Below are positions 11,896 through 25,929 of a stretch of 64,000 nucleotides of DNA, one piece after another. The stretch is from Mobula hypostoma (taxonomy: Eukaryota): contig NC_086118.1 of assembly GCF_963921235.1 (NCBI RefSeq), positions 14,944,001-15,008,000 of the forward strand, read 5' to 3'. The notes below the pieces were generated by a model. It made no database searches. It was not told where the DNA came from and saw nothing but the letters and a program-made list of their open reading frames with translations. Each line of letters begins with the position of its first letter. The stretch's first letter is position 1. A program made the position numbers and the translations under genes.

Positions 11896-13924
11896 AAGAA
11901 CAAATGCTGCAAGCTCCAATATGGCGTATGCACCCTCATTCCAGAGAATGGAGCAGCATATTCCATAGTCGCAATAGTATACCATGTGCCTTCTGAGATG
12001 AGAGCTCAGCTGACTTACTACACAAATTAGGGCTGAACACGTACTTGAAGGCCCCACACAATATTGTTTAGTGTCCAAGCACAGGATGCATCATGTATTC
12101 TATCAACAGTGTTTTCAGCTGCAGTCAAAACAATAGTCCTTAAGAGGACTCCTGGCAGCTGTCGACAAAATAAAAATGTACTAATTCTCAGTGAAGCACA
12201 CGGAGGTGTACTCAGGGTGTAACCTGAAATGACAGTTTGTGGACAAGCATTAATTCCATTTCTTAAATGTACATGGCTAATTGCGAAGCAACTGGGGCCA
12301 GAGGGTAGAGTCACGTGCCAATTACACCAGAAAAAAAAAATAGCCCAAATGAAACTCCATCTGGACTTATTCCCTCAGCAGTCACACCAGATTATTTTAA
12401 GTCTGTGCAGCAAGGGTGAATGATGATGTGCTGCGAATGCCAAATGAATGAATTGAAACCAGAGTGATGCCACAGAGGATACAGAATGTATAAGGGGAAA
12501 GTATGAATCCACTTTGGGTTTTTTTATCCAGGATCAAGGAAACAATAAGAAAGCATTTTGACTCTGGAAACCTTTTCATCCTTTCAACAAGATTTGCTTG
12601 ACTTGTAACTTTCCTAATATTCAGTTTAACAGAAATTCATCACTCCTCCCAGATTTAAACTTATTAAATCAGCATCAGTTGCCTTCACAGAGCAAGACCC
12701 AATTTTTTTCCATCCTGTGCTCAGAGTATTTCTCAACTGCTGGAAAGTCCAGTCCAACTGTAGCTCAAGCTCTTAAATCTCAAAAGCTAGATTCTCCCCA
12801 TAAACTCTTCTTAATTTCCTAACGTCGCCAATCCAATCGCTCCTTAATCTTGCAAATATAACCCTGGTCTGTGCAATCTCTCCTCATAATTTAACTGAGA
12901 GCCCAGCTTCATTCTAGTAAAGGTGTGCTCAAAGGCTTCCAGGTACAATCTAACCAGGATTTAGCATTGCTGAAGATGTAACCCCTTATTTTCTAATCCT
13001 GAGGATGTAAAGAACAGCAATCCATTGGCTGATTTCATTATCTTCTATAGCACTGAATGACATTTTAATGATTCACCCAACCCACTTGATCTTGGTTAAA
13101 CTCCTCAGAATTTGCTGCCACATCAGGTCTTCCTTTTAACCAAAATACAAGGATCGTATTCAGACATGGTGCATTGGAAAAAAGTGACATTTATTTTAAA
13201 CATGGTTGGGGAAGTATTTTGCTTAGAATATTGCAGGTTAACCTTTTGGGGATAAGAAAGATTCTGGGGGATGCTGGTGGGGCATAAAACTACCAAGCAA
13301 GTATGTTAATTACCTTACAGGCATCACAGTAGCAACAAGACCACTGTTCTCTGAGCAGCCAACAGTGGCCATCCGAGGACAACACATCCCAAGTCCACAT
13401 GCAATGAACATTGCACTAGGAATGATATTGTGGGGGAATCTGATCTGGTTTGTGAGCAAAATGAGCTAAATCATGATCATTGTGTTTCACTTGGGACAGG
13501 GGTGGTCAAGGCTATTTTTGTTTACATAAATCCTTTTCCATAACTTACTAATATCATCTACAATTTAATACCTCCATTGAAAATTTTGTAATTCATCAAT
13601 ATACAGTGGATTTTTATCTCGTTAACAAAACTCAAAGGAAATCTGAAAGTGCTAGAAACAATCACCAGGTTAGGCAGCGTCTGTTGAAATAGAACGAGCA
13701 GAGGAGGTAAGCGAGGGTGATAGGTAGAATAATGGAACAGAAATGCGACAATTAAGTCACAGTTAATGCTTTTTGCCAATGCAATGTATTGCTAATAGTA
13801 AGGCTGTGTGACATGCCCCAGAGGCTAGAATACACAAGCAGGAAAAAATAAAAATAAAATAGAGACAAAATTACTAGAGGCAGAAATGGTTGATTTACAT
13901 AGTTTTGACAAAGTCCAACTAAGT

Positions 13925-16920
13925 CCATAAGATATAGGAGCTGAAGTAGACCACTCAGCCCATCAAGTCTGCTCCACCATTCAATCATGAACTGATCCAA
14001 TTCTTCCAGTCATCTCTACTCCCCTGCCTTCTCCCCATACCATTTGATGTCCTGGCTAATCAAGAACCTATTTATCTCTGCCTTAAATACACCCAATGAC
14101 TTGGCCTCCACAGCCGCTCGTGGCAATAAATTCCCCACAGATTTACCACCCTCTGACTAAAGTAATTTCTCCGCATCTCTGTTCTAAATAGACGTCCTTC
14201 AATCCTGAAGTCGTGCCCTCTTGTTCTAGACTCCCCTACCATAGGAAATAACTTTGTCATATCTAATCTGTTCAGCTCTTTTAACATTCAGAATGTTTCT
14301 ATGAGATCCCCCCTCATTCTCCTGAACTCCAGGGAATACAGCCCAAGAGCTGCCAGACATTCCTCATATGGTAACCCTTTCATTCCTGGAATCATTCTCG
14401 TGAATCTTCTTTGAATCGTCTCCAATATCAGTACATCCTTTCTAAAATAAGGAGCCCAAAACTGCACATGATACTCCAAGTGTGGTCTCATGAGTGCCTT
14501 ATAGAGCCTCAACATCACATCCCTGCTCTTCTATTCTATACTTCTAGAAATGAATGCCAACATTGCATTTCCCTTCTTCACCACCGACTCAACCTGGAGG
14601 TTAATCTTTAGGGTATCCTGCACAAGGACTCCCAAGTCCCTTTGCATCTCTGCGTTTTGAATTCTCTCCCCATCGAAATAATAGTCTGCCTGTTTATTTC
14701 TTCCACCAAAGTGCATGACCATACACTTTCCAACATTGTATTTCGTTTGACACTTCTTTGCCCATTCCCCTAAACTATCTAAGTCTCTCTGCAGATTCTC
14801 TGTTTCCTCAACACTACCAGCTCTTCCACCTATCTTTGTATCATCAGCAAATTCAGCCACAAAGTCATTAATCCCATAGTCCAAGTCATTGACATACATC
14901 GTGAAAAGCAGCAGTCCCAACACCAACCCCTGTGGAACTCCACTGGTAACGAGCAGTCAGCCAGAATAGGATTTCTTTATTCCCACTCTCTGTTTTCTGC
15001 CGACCAGCCAATGCTTCACCCATGCTAGTAACTCCCCTGTAATTCCATGGGCTCTTAACTTACTAAGCAGCCTCATGTGCGGCACTTTGTCAAAGGCCTT
15101 CTGAAAATCCAAGGACACCACATCTACTGCTTTTCCTTTGTCTACACCCTCTGCTTGTAATTTCCTCAAAAAATTGCAGTAGGTTTGTCAGACAGGATTT
15201 TCCTTTTCAGAAACCATGCTGGCTTTGGCCTATCTTGTCATGTGCCTCCAGGTATTCTATAATCTCATCCCTAACAATCGATTCCAACAACTTCCCGACC
15301 ACTGACGTCAGACTAACAGGTCTATAGTTTCCTTTCTGCTGCCTCCCACCCTTCTTAAATAGTGGAAAATTTGCAATTTTCCAGTCATCCGGTACAATGC
15401 CAGAATCTATCCATTCTTGAAAGATTATTGTTAATGCCTCTGCAATCTCTCCAGCTACCTCCTTCAGAACCTGAAGGTACATTCCATCAGGTCCAGGAGA
15501 TTTATCCACTCTCAGACTATTAAGCTTCCTGAGCACCTTTTCAGTCATAATTTTCACTGCACATACTTTACTTCCCTGACACTCTTGAATGTCCTGTATT
15601 CTGCAGATGTCTTCCACTGTGAAGAGTGAAGCAAAATACACATTCAGTTCATTTGCCATCTCTGCGTCTCTCATTACAATATCTCCAGTGTCGTTTTCTA
15701 TTGGTCCTATAACTACCCTTTTACCCTTTACGTACTTAAAAAAGCTTTTAGTATCTTCTTTGATATGAGTTACCAGCTTCTTTTCATAATTCATCTTTTC
15801 CTTCTGAATGAGCTTCTTAGTTTCCTTCTGCAAGTTTTTAAAAGCTTCCCAATCCTCTATCTTTCCATTAGCTTTGGCTTCCTTATATGCCCTCGCTTTT
15901 GCTTTTACTTTGGCTCTGACTTCACTTGTCAGCCACGGTAGTGTCCTTCTTCCGTTCAAAAATTTCTTATTTGGAATATATCTGTCTTGCACTTCCCTCA
16001 TTTTTTGCAGAAACTCCAGCCATTGCTGCTCTGCTGTCCTTCCTGCCAGTGTCCCTTTCCAGTCAACCTTGTCCAGTTCCCCTCTCATGCCATTGTAATT
16101 TCCTTCATTCCACTGGAATACCGACACACTGGAATTTAGTTTCTCCTTCTCAAATTTCAAAGTGAACTCGATCATATTGTGATCACTGTGTCCCAAGGGT
16201 TTCTTATCATTAAGCTTTCTTATCACCTCCAGATCATTACACAACACCCAATCCTGCACAGCTGATTCCCTGGTGGGGTCAACAAGCTGTTCTAAAAAGC
16301 CATCCCTTAGACATTCCTTCCTGAGGTCGAGCACTGGCCTGGTTTTCCCAATCTACTTTCATGTTAAAATCTCCAATGATTGCCATGATATTGCCCTTCT
16401 GACACGACTTTTCTATCTCCTGCTGTAATTTGTAATCCACATCGCAGCTGCTGTTTGGAGGCCTGTATATAACTGCCATTAGGGTCCTTTTACCCTTGCC
16501 ATTTCTTAACTCAATCCATAGAGACTCTACACCTTCCAATCCTTTGTCATCCTTTTCTAATGATTTAATATTATTTCTTATACACAGGGCCGCACCACCC
16601 CCTCTGCCTACTAATCTATCTTTCTGATACACCATATAATCCTTGGACATTCAACTCCCAATGGTAGCCATCCTTTAGCCAAGTTTCAGAGATAGCCACA
16701 ACGTCATACTTGCCAAACTGTAGCTGAATTTCAAAATGGACCATTTTATTTCTTATGCTGCGTGCATTCAAATACAACACTTTCAGTCCAGTATTTGTTG
16801 CTTTCTGTTTTAACTGCATCACACCTCTGTTGCCCTGTTACTCAACCCACTGGCTATGATTATGTCTCATCGCCTGCCTGTACATTCCATCATCTCTGTT
16901 GCACGCTATCTATGAATTAT
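13925..16920 (-). mobile_element. CR1 LINE, ~3 kb, ORF2 (apurinic-like endonuclease + reverse transcriptase) disrupted by frameshifts
   Basis: APE motifs YLNARSIRNK, VAISETWL, YRPPNS, IIGDFN, HSDHN; RT motifs NYRPVSLTSVVGKLLE, LDFQKAFDKVPH, FADDTK; split over at least 6 ORF pieces. Confidence 0.92.
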
Positions 16921-18136
16921 TTCAATGCAAAGATATGAATAACATCTCATATTTAATTGGCATGTAACAGTCTTCATGACTCAATATTGAAGTCCCCCAA
17001 TTTAATTAGCTCACTCTTTCTTTTATTTCTAATAGAACTGTTCATTTCTGTCTGTCATCCTTTTGGCTATGCTTTTTTTGAACATCACTCACTGATCTAT
17101 TCACCAGAGGGAGAGGGCATGCCACATATTTCAACAGAAGGTGAATCCCATCAAAGTAAGTGTGCAAGTAATAGCACTTCCTTGCGCACAAATCATAGTG
17201 GGTACATACTTGTGATGTCAGTCTTTATGCAATAGATGTTCTACTAGAAAATAGAACAGGTCATAAACTGAGAAGTGAGTACTTGAAAAGAAGATAAAGG
17301 CCCACTCAGGAGCACTTTAAAAGGCACAGATATTACCTACATCTTTGTTGGAGAATCCACCACAAAACTATGACTCAGTGCCTGTGACATTAAGGAACAA
17401 TTCCTCAGTCTTTTAAAGCTGAGTCCCACTTCGTAAACTGGAAGAGTGCTCAGCCTTTCTGATCTTTTCCCCAGCTATCAAACATTGTCGATATCCAGTC
17501 CTGTATTGAAGAAATAATTTGTCTGCACTTACATACATCCTAGTAATTTTCTCAGCAAGCACCCTCAGGCAGCAACACTACTTCCAGCAGGAGATTCCAG
17601 CTAAAAGCTGCAATAAGAGCTTCAGCTTTTGCTGGATAATGGTTTGAGGACAACTCACAAAATTATGCACAAACAGATGAATGTTAATTGTGCTGCTAAT
17701 TCACATGGTTGTTTGAAGATCATTTGCATGTATCACATCCCTGCAGCTCCAGATGAAGCTTGATACACTGCAATATTTAGTACATTGAATTTCTAGACAC
17801 CATTCTGCAGATTTAATCCCTGTTAAAATAGGTTTAATAATGCAAAGTTATGGATTAATTAGTAAAGAAAGATCATTTCCATAGCAACACTGTTAACCTA
17901 GATTAAATGCTTTTGAAATGCTTTGAAATTTATAAGCAAATAAAATCTATTTATGCCATCTCCTTCAAATGCACAGCATGTCCCAAAGTGCTGAACAACT
18001 AATTAAAAACTTTTGAAGTGCAGTCACAGTTATAATGATGGAAATGTAAAATGAAAACAATGCCCCAGAATTAGCTGGAGCCAGATACTCTATGAAGATA
18101 CATTCTTCTAATATATTTTGCCCATACAGTTGGTGC

Positions 18137-18610
18137 CAGGGGCTGTGCTCAAGTGCTCGGCTTCCCCCACCGGACTTAGTCTGGTGAGGAGGGTGTGAGG
18201 ACACCCAGCAGGACTAAAAAAAACAAGACCTGACAAAGGGCAGATGAGCTCCTTGTGAGCCAACGGCCATCTTCCGTGGAAGAGATTAAAGCCTCACCAC
18301 GTATCTATGAATCGGATGCTATGCACCTAGTTAGAAGAGACATGATGAACTTGGGCACTGCACCGTGTGCCTGGACCTGCCCAAGGCCTCCACCTAAGGA
18401 AGGGCCGAGCTCGAAGAAGTGGCTGCGGCTGGAGGCCGACACGGCCTCGGGCTCGAGTTCGGCGGGGGCAGGGACGGCAGCCAGCGGTGCCAAGGCGGAC
18501 AGCAAGAACAACTGGAGGAGAGGCTGTACTCAGTGCTGTCGCAAGATCGAAGAAGATGGAGGTCCATAACCGCTAACCCCGGATCTGGGATGACACCCAC
18601 TTACTGAGTG
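18137..18610 (+). mobile_element. Complete short non-autonomous retroelement, probably RTE-derived (bipartite 5'UTR + 3' end)
   Basis: Perfect 11-bp TSD ACAGTTGGTGC at 18126-18136 and 18611-18621; 3' end encodes SQDRRRWRSITANPG, like RTE ORF C-termini; ends ACTGAGTG; GC/CpG-rich with multiple hairpins. Confidence 0.7.
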
Positions 18611-18818
18611 ACAGTTGGTGCAAATGTGATTAAAGACTATTTCCCAACGACTGATGGAGTGAGTCATAAATAGACTTAATTCAAAGAGAAAGCACATACA
18701 GGAATTAGAAATAAAGGGTGGGGAGAAAAAAAATGAATTGAAAAATTTCTAAATGATGACATTTATAAAATATTCAACAACCGTTCACAAACTGACAGAC
18801 TGAGCCTGCAGCTTAACC

Positions 18819-18854
18819 TGTCCTGATGCAGGGTTTTGAACTGAAGTGGTGACA
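18819..18854 (+). ncRNA. Decayed hammerhead motif (PLE remnant)
   Basis: TGTC-CTGATGC-AGGGTTTTGAACT-GAAG-TGGT-GACA; helix I TGTC/GACA paired but core mutated; downstream CAGATGCTGCTCAACC as in PLE termini. Confidence 0.45.
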
Positions 18855-21729
18855 ATTCCTCCTCTCTCCCCACCCACTATCCCCCACAGATGCTGCTCAA
18901 CCTACTAAGTCCTTACAACTTTATTGTTCACTTTCTGGCCCATTTAATACATTGGGAGCAATTAACAATTACATTATCAAAAGGATATTTCTGCCGTCAA
19001 ATTAAGTTCTTGTTGTGAAATTGTTGCATGCAGGACTCTAGTGCTCATCACAAGTTGTAAGCTCATTTTTATCATACCATTTAGAGCGTATAACAATCCT
19101 TGTGCACATGGTTTCATTCAGAAAAGTTTTTAATTAATTCTACAAACTAGCTACACCGGAGTTTTTGGTAAGTTTGTCTCTGAAATGTAACTACCTTAGG
19201 TTGAACAGCCTTGCATTAGTTCTGAAGATTACTCCCACTCTGATGGGAAACTCAGAACAATCATTCTACTCTGAGCTCCATGTGGAGAGAGAAAAGGATT
19301 TTTATTTATTTATTGAGATCCATTGCGGAATAGGCCCTTCCGGTCCTTCTACTGCAGCAAATGGGTTTTTGACAAAGGATAACATTGCTAACTTCTTTGT
19401 TGCCGTCTCTGTTTTTCCATTCATTCCTCCTTCCTTTGATGGTCCCTAATCTGTACCAGGTGCCGATAACTGTTAAATAAATTTTCTAGGGATGAACTCA
19501 AGGGAAGTCCTCAGGTGGTTCATAACATCACATACATAGTTTATGTTTTTTCACTTACTGGTATACACACGTAAATAAAACATTCAACAGGAATACAACT
19601 CTCTTCTTTTGCTATCATTTCTCAACCTAAATGTAGGAGCTAAAACCTCTACACTTATGTTGAGAGATGGAAGCTAAAGGAATGCTCTTCACTAACAAAA
19701 ATTGGTAAAAAAAATAAAACATTACAAAACGTAAATCTACATGTTGGGGACTTATATTTTAGTTAATAAAAACATAACTTTGCTGTGGCTAAGTTTTGTC
19801 TATGGATGCTATCTATGATTTGATAAGTTTAATAGAAATTCTACTATTCATTATAATGTTTTGTTTATAGACGTCAGCACATGTTCCACAGAGACTGATT
19901 TTCAATGCAACATCACCATCCTAAAATCAATCATTTCTCTTCCATTAGCTCCGAGTACTATTGTCTAGAGTCACGAGCTTGAATCTTTGTTCCATTTTAT
20001 TAAGAAGATATCAGTTTGTACCTATTTCTCCATCAGCTCAAAAAGTCAAGGAGGCTATGGGAAAATCATAGGCAATTCTCAAATTTCTGATGATTCTTCG
20101 GCAATCCTGCTTTCCAGTAGAGAATACAGCTTTTTACTGGTTTTAAACATTAATCCAGGCTTTGCTTGATATCCAAGCTGAGGAAAATATTTTCTATTCC
20201 CTGAGCAAACAATCTAATTGTCTGAGTGTATTCCTCCCCTCTCTGGAATTATTGCTCTGAATCACACTTCATTTCGGCACGGAGATATTGAGCATCAAAA
20301 GGATTAACACAGCTAGCTAGCTACTTTACAAAGATAATTAATTAGTTGAAAAAATCCTCAGATAGTAATTAGAAGTAGCGCTGAACCAAGTTGAGCTGGA
20401 CCAGTGACCTCCACATTTCAAAGCTCATTTGGGCTGGATGTGAAGAGAGGTAAAAGCTGGCTCTCCAGTCCTGCTGGTTCACTGCCAATTTTGCCTCTGC
20501 CAAGGTTTCACTGAAGTGCCCCTATAATACTCTGACATCCTTCAAATGTAGCAGGGTTACAGCAGGGACTCACGTTGTTTCAAAATTGGCAGGCACTTGT
20601 AAAAGTAAGAAGGCTTTCGGAAGCATTTAAGTCATTAAAATTACTTTAAAAGTAAGACAGTAAAGTTTTAGTTAACTGAAATTAAAACTAAAAGTAAAAG
20701 AAAATGACAAGACTTGTCCTTTTCTAATCTATAGGTCAGTAATCCCAATTCCTACATGACTAAAGGTCTGAATGACCTAGAATCAATAAAAAACTGGATT
20801 TCCCAAAATGATTCCAGCATCTGTAATCTCTTCTGTCACCAATTTGCTCCTTTGTCTTCCTCAATTCTAAATTTGTTTGAAGAACAATGTAATCCCTTGA
20901 CATACAGAAACTCTGTCACACTTCATTCAGTCACTTTCTTATAAGTGGAAAAGGCTGGGCGAAATGCATGGGCTCTGCATCAGCATATCAGAGAATACAG
21001 ATAGTGGTGTGCCATTTGTGGGACTGAAAAGTGCTTCAATAAGTTGGAGACAAATACCCCAAAGAGTCAATGGCATTTTGGCAAATATTTGCAAATTGAA
21101 TGTAAGTAAATTAATAAAATACTATAGAAGAAATCTGGAGTTGATCATGTAGCTATTGATTCTACTCATCTATTCATAACATTACACCTTTGATTCAACT
21201 GTTCTGTTGATAATTATTCTTTCTTCTCCACCTTGAATAGCTTTAATTATACTGCCTGCAGTAACAGAATTCCAAAGATTCCTAATCCTCAGTAAAGAAA
21301 TTTCTCACATCTTAAATAGGTGGCCTCTAATTCTGAAGTGATGCCACAAAGTCCTCGAACCCCAGGGCAACACATCCTTTAACCAACGAATGCAGACCTC
21401 CAAAAGATTCTATACTTCAAAATCATCTTTCATTCTTCTAAACTTCAATGAATATGGGCACATCTGCTTAGCCTTCAGTCCTAAAGCAATACTTTTGTTC
21501 CAAGAATCAACCATGTGAGACTTTTTGAACTGCCTCAAGCAGAAGTTTTTCTCTTCCTGAAATGTGAGACCAAAACCATACATGCACAAGAGTTCCAGAT
21601 ATGAAAATACTCTACACAGCTGCAGCAAGGCTTCACTAATTTAGAAATTCATCCATCTCAAGAATCACGTGCATAGATTTTGAACATAGCAAGACATTAC
21701 AAGAGAATAGCTGGCAACACCAATGGATA

Positions 21730-22577
21730 TTCAAAGCTTCAAACAGGGTCCTCTGTACCTCCCTCTGCAACTGGATTCTCAACTTCCTCATCGGGAGCCC
21801 CAGTCAGTGCAGATTGCTAATAATATCTCCTCCTTATTGACAATCTACTCACCTGAAGGATGTGTGCTTATCCCATTGCTCCACTCTCTCTACACTCATG
21901 ACTGTTGGCTAGGCATTGCAGAAATTCCATTTATATATTCACCATTAACTCCACTGTTGTTGGTAGAATGTCAGGTGGCAACAAAGTAGTGTACAGGAGA
22001 GAAATAGCTCAGTTGGTTGAGTGACTCAGCAACAACAACTTCACACCTAAAGTCAGCAAGACCAAGGAGTTAATCGTGAACTTGAGGAAAGGTAACCACT
22101 CACCAGTCCTCACTGAGAGGTCAGCGGTGGAAAATACGAGCAGACTCAAGTTCCTGGGCATCAACACATTCATGTAACCATGAAGAACCCAAGTCAGCAG
22201 CTCTTCTTCTGTAGGAGTTTGAGGAGATTTGGCAATTCACCAAAGACTCTTGCAAGTTTGTGAGCAGTGCTTCAAGAAGGTGGCAATCATCATTAAAGAG
22301 ACCAGTACATGCCCTCTTCATACACATTCTCTGATAATAAATTAAACCATTGAAACATCGGGGATGAGGTACAGAAGCCTGCAGACTCACACTCACTGTT
22401 TTAAGAACAGATTTTTCCTCTCTGCCATCAGATCTCTGAGCCGTCCATGAACCCATGAATACAACCTCATTGGTCATCTTTTGTTATATTTATTTTTGTA
22501 ACTTAAGTAATCTCATGTCTTGCACTGTACTGCTGCCATAAAACAACAGATTTGGTGATTCACCTGATTCTGATTCA
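21730..22577 (+). mobile_element. Rex1/Babar LINE fragment, degenerate
   Basis: CTCTGCAACTGGATT, PEGCVLIPLLHSLYTHDC, TGATTCTGATTC tail. Confidence 0.7.
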
Positions 22578-22814
22578 GCTTTTGAAAGAGATGGTGAGCA
22601 AAAACTGAAAGGTTATGCTGAACTGTTATAAAAGGCCAAAACTAGAGAGGATTTTGTTGAAAATCATAAGCTGCAGATGCAATAACATGTCCATGTACTT
22701 TAAAGAATTAGAGGTCCCTGACAATGTATACAGGAGATTAACTTGATTAGTTCTATCGATGGACTTTCACCCAAACATTTGATTGAAGAATGTTCTTTTT
22801 TCTCTGAGACCAAA

Positions 22815-24425
22815 GGATCCCTGCCGCACCTGATGACCCTGTGATCAATGTCTCAGAGGCCAATGTTAGGCTGTGTTTAAGAGAGGGTGAACCCTCGCAA
22901 GGCAGAAGATCCCGATGGAGTACCTGTTAAGTCTCTGAAAACCTGTGCCAACCAAATAGCGGGAGTATTCAAGGATATTTTCAACTTCTCATTGCTATGG
23001 GCAGAAGTTCCCACTTGCTTCAAATTGGCAGCAATTATACCAATGCCTGAGAAGAATAATTGGAGCTGCCTTAATGACTATCGCCCGGTAGCACTCACAT
23101 CTACAGTAATGAAATGCTTTGAGAGGTTGGTCATGACTAGACTGAACTCTTACATCAGCAAGGATCTAGACCCATTGCAATTTGCCTAACGCCACAATAG
23201 GTCAAAGGCAGATGCATTCTCAATGGCTCTTCACACGGCTTAAACCACCTGGACAACACAAACGCCTATGTCAGGATGCTGTTCATCAACAAGAGCTCAA
23301 CATTCAATACCATTATTCCCACAATCCTGATTGAGAAGTTACAAAACCTGGGCCTCTGTACCTCCCTCTGCAACTGGATCCTTGACTTCCTAACCGGAAG
23401 ACCACAATCTGTGTAGACCACAAGACCACAATCATCAGCGAGGAGGAGATAACATCTCCTCCTCGCTGATGATCAACACTGGTGCACCACAGTGGTGTGT
23501 GCTTAGCCCACTGCTCTACTCTCTTTATCCTCATGACTCTGTGGCTAGGCATAGCTCAAACATCATCTATAAGTTTGCTGATGATACAACCATTGTTGGT
23601 AGAATCTCATATAGTGACGAGAGGGCGTACAGGATGTCAACTAGTGGAGTGGTGTCACAACAACAACCAGCCACTCAACATCAGTACAACAAACGGGTAA
23701 GATGAAGGAGCACCTACCAATCCTCATAGAGGGATCAGAAGTGGAGAGAGTGAGCAGTTTCAAGTTCCTGGGTGTGAAGATCTCTGAGGACCTAACCTGG
23801 TCCCAACATATCGATGCATTTAGAAGGTAACACAGTGACTATACTTCATTAGGAGTTTGAAGAGATTTGGTGCGTCAACAAATATACTCAAAAACTTCTA
23901 TAGATATACTGTGGAGAGCGTACTGACAGGCTGCATCACTGTCTGGTGTGCGGTGGGGGACGCTACTGCACAGGACCAAAAGAAGCTGCAGAGGGTTGTA
24001 AATTTAGTCAGTTATATCTTGGGTACTAGCCTACAAAGTACCCAGGACACCTTCAAGGAACGGTGTCTCAGAAAGGCAGTGTCCACTATCAAGGAACTCT
24101 AGCACCCAGGGCATGCCCTTTTCTCACTTTTACAATCAGGTAGGAGATACAGAAGCCTGAAGGCACACACTCAGTGATTCAGGAACAGTTTCTTCCCCTC
24201 TGCATCCGATTTCTAAATGGATGTTGAACCCTTAAACACTACCTCACTTTTTAAATATATATTTCTGTTTTTGCACAATTTTTAATCTATTCAGTATATG
24301 TATATGTAATTGATTATTTATTTATTATTATTTCCTTTTTTTCTATATTATGTACTGCATTGAACTGCTGCTGTTAAGTTAACAAGTTTCACAACACATA
24401 CCGGTAATAGTAAACCTGATTCTGA
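22815..24425 (+). mobile_element. Rex1/Babar LINE, 5'-truncated RT region (inserted in an old CR1 fragment ~22580-24750)
   Basis: [66 protein letters not shown] tail. Confidence 0.88.
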
Positions 24426-25929
24426 AATGTATGTGATTATGATAGGTTTAGGTCAGGTACACAGAAAGATGGTTGTTACTATTATTTCTTAAAACAAGTA
24501 TTGAAGGGCAAGTTTTGATATTTTAGGCAAGAAGAGCATTTTAAAATTAACAATAATATGGAGCGCACTGCATTTGAGTGCAGAGGAAGCAGAGTATAAA
24601 TGACCTCAGTGTAAAGTTGAATGGGCACTTGCAAGAAAGAAACTTACAGCTTTATAGTGATAGAGTGAGTGTATTGGAATTGACTGGATTGTTCAACAAT
24701 GAACTAATAGGCACTCATTGGGCTGAATAGCTTTCTTCTGTTCCATTATAACTCCTGAAATTTTATGACAGTTGCCTTCCTCGTCATTTGCAACACATTT
24801 ATGCGTCTCTGCTAGAGCACATTTGTAAGTGTTAGCTGTTGTTCAAAGGGCAACAATAATGTACACTGCCAATAATTGACCTTGACGGACTAATTTCATC
24901 CTTATCAGCTATATACACATTTGAATATTTCAACAGAGAATAACTTTGTAACAATTAAGGAAAGGAATCCTGACCATTTAATAAATATTTTCCTCAGCAG
25001 AGAACAGAAAATTCTCAGTGACTCACTTGGTAAAGGAAAACATGCAGTTGAACTAAACAAGCTGAAGGATTCCAGGTTTGAGGTCAGCTTATCTAAAGCT
25101 GAGTTTTGTTAGTTATTCTTACAGACTGCACATATGGCAGGAGCAGATGTAAAATAAACGTAATTTATCTGCAGTGTCTCTTTCTCAAGTTACAAACTAC
25201 CAACACTCATCCTTTGCACACAGAGTTGCCACTTGGTCAGGAGTTTAGGTGGACTTAATATGCCTTAGAAACCAAGAACGATAAGTAAAGAGGAGGGGAT
25301 GTCATAAAGAAATAGAGTCATACAGTACAGAAACAAGTCCTTTGCGTCCATGCTGAGGAGGTACCTGACCATGCTTTTTCCCATTTCCCTGCATTTAGCC
25401 CGTATCCCACCACTCCCTTTCTATCTGCACAACTGCCAAATGCTTCTCAAATGTTGTAAAATAGCCTCTACCACTTCCTCTAGCAGCTTGTTCACCACCA
25501 ATGGTGTGAAAAACTTGCCCCTCAGATCACCTTTAAATATTCTTCCTCCCACTTGTGGAGGTGCCTAATAATCTGCCCACTGATTAGACATTCCTGGTCT
25601 GCTGCTGTAGTCCATTCACTCCAAGGTTCAATGTGTTGTGTGTTCATAGATCTTCTTCTCCATATTACTGCTGTAACGCGTGGCTATTTGAGTTACTGTC
25701 ACCTTCTTTTCAACTTGATTCAGTTTGGCCATTTTGCTCTGACCCCTCTCATTAACAAAGCTTTTTTTTTGCCCACAGAACTACCACTCACAGGATGCTT
25801 TTTTTTTTCGCTTATCGCACTATTCTCTGCCAACTGCAGTGTGTGAAAATCCCAGGAGATCAGCAGTTTCTGAGATACTCAAACAAACCCATCTGGCACC
25901 AGCTCTCGTTCCAAGGTCAAAGTCACTTA

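Noticed and set aside
15207..16334. 375-aa ORF as a functional gene
   Set aside because: One open segment of a frameshifted CR1 ORF2
18241..18264. Canonical hammerhead in the RTE-like element
   Set aside because: CAGATGA and CAAC replace the required CUGAUGA and GAAA; helices I and III could not be identified
18255..18607. GC-rich overlapping ORFs / CpG-island promoter or first exon
   Set aside because: Entirely inside a TSD-flanked insertion; better explained as a young retroposon
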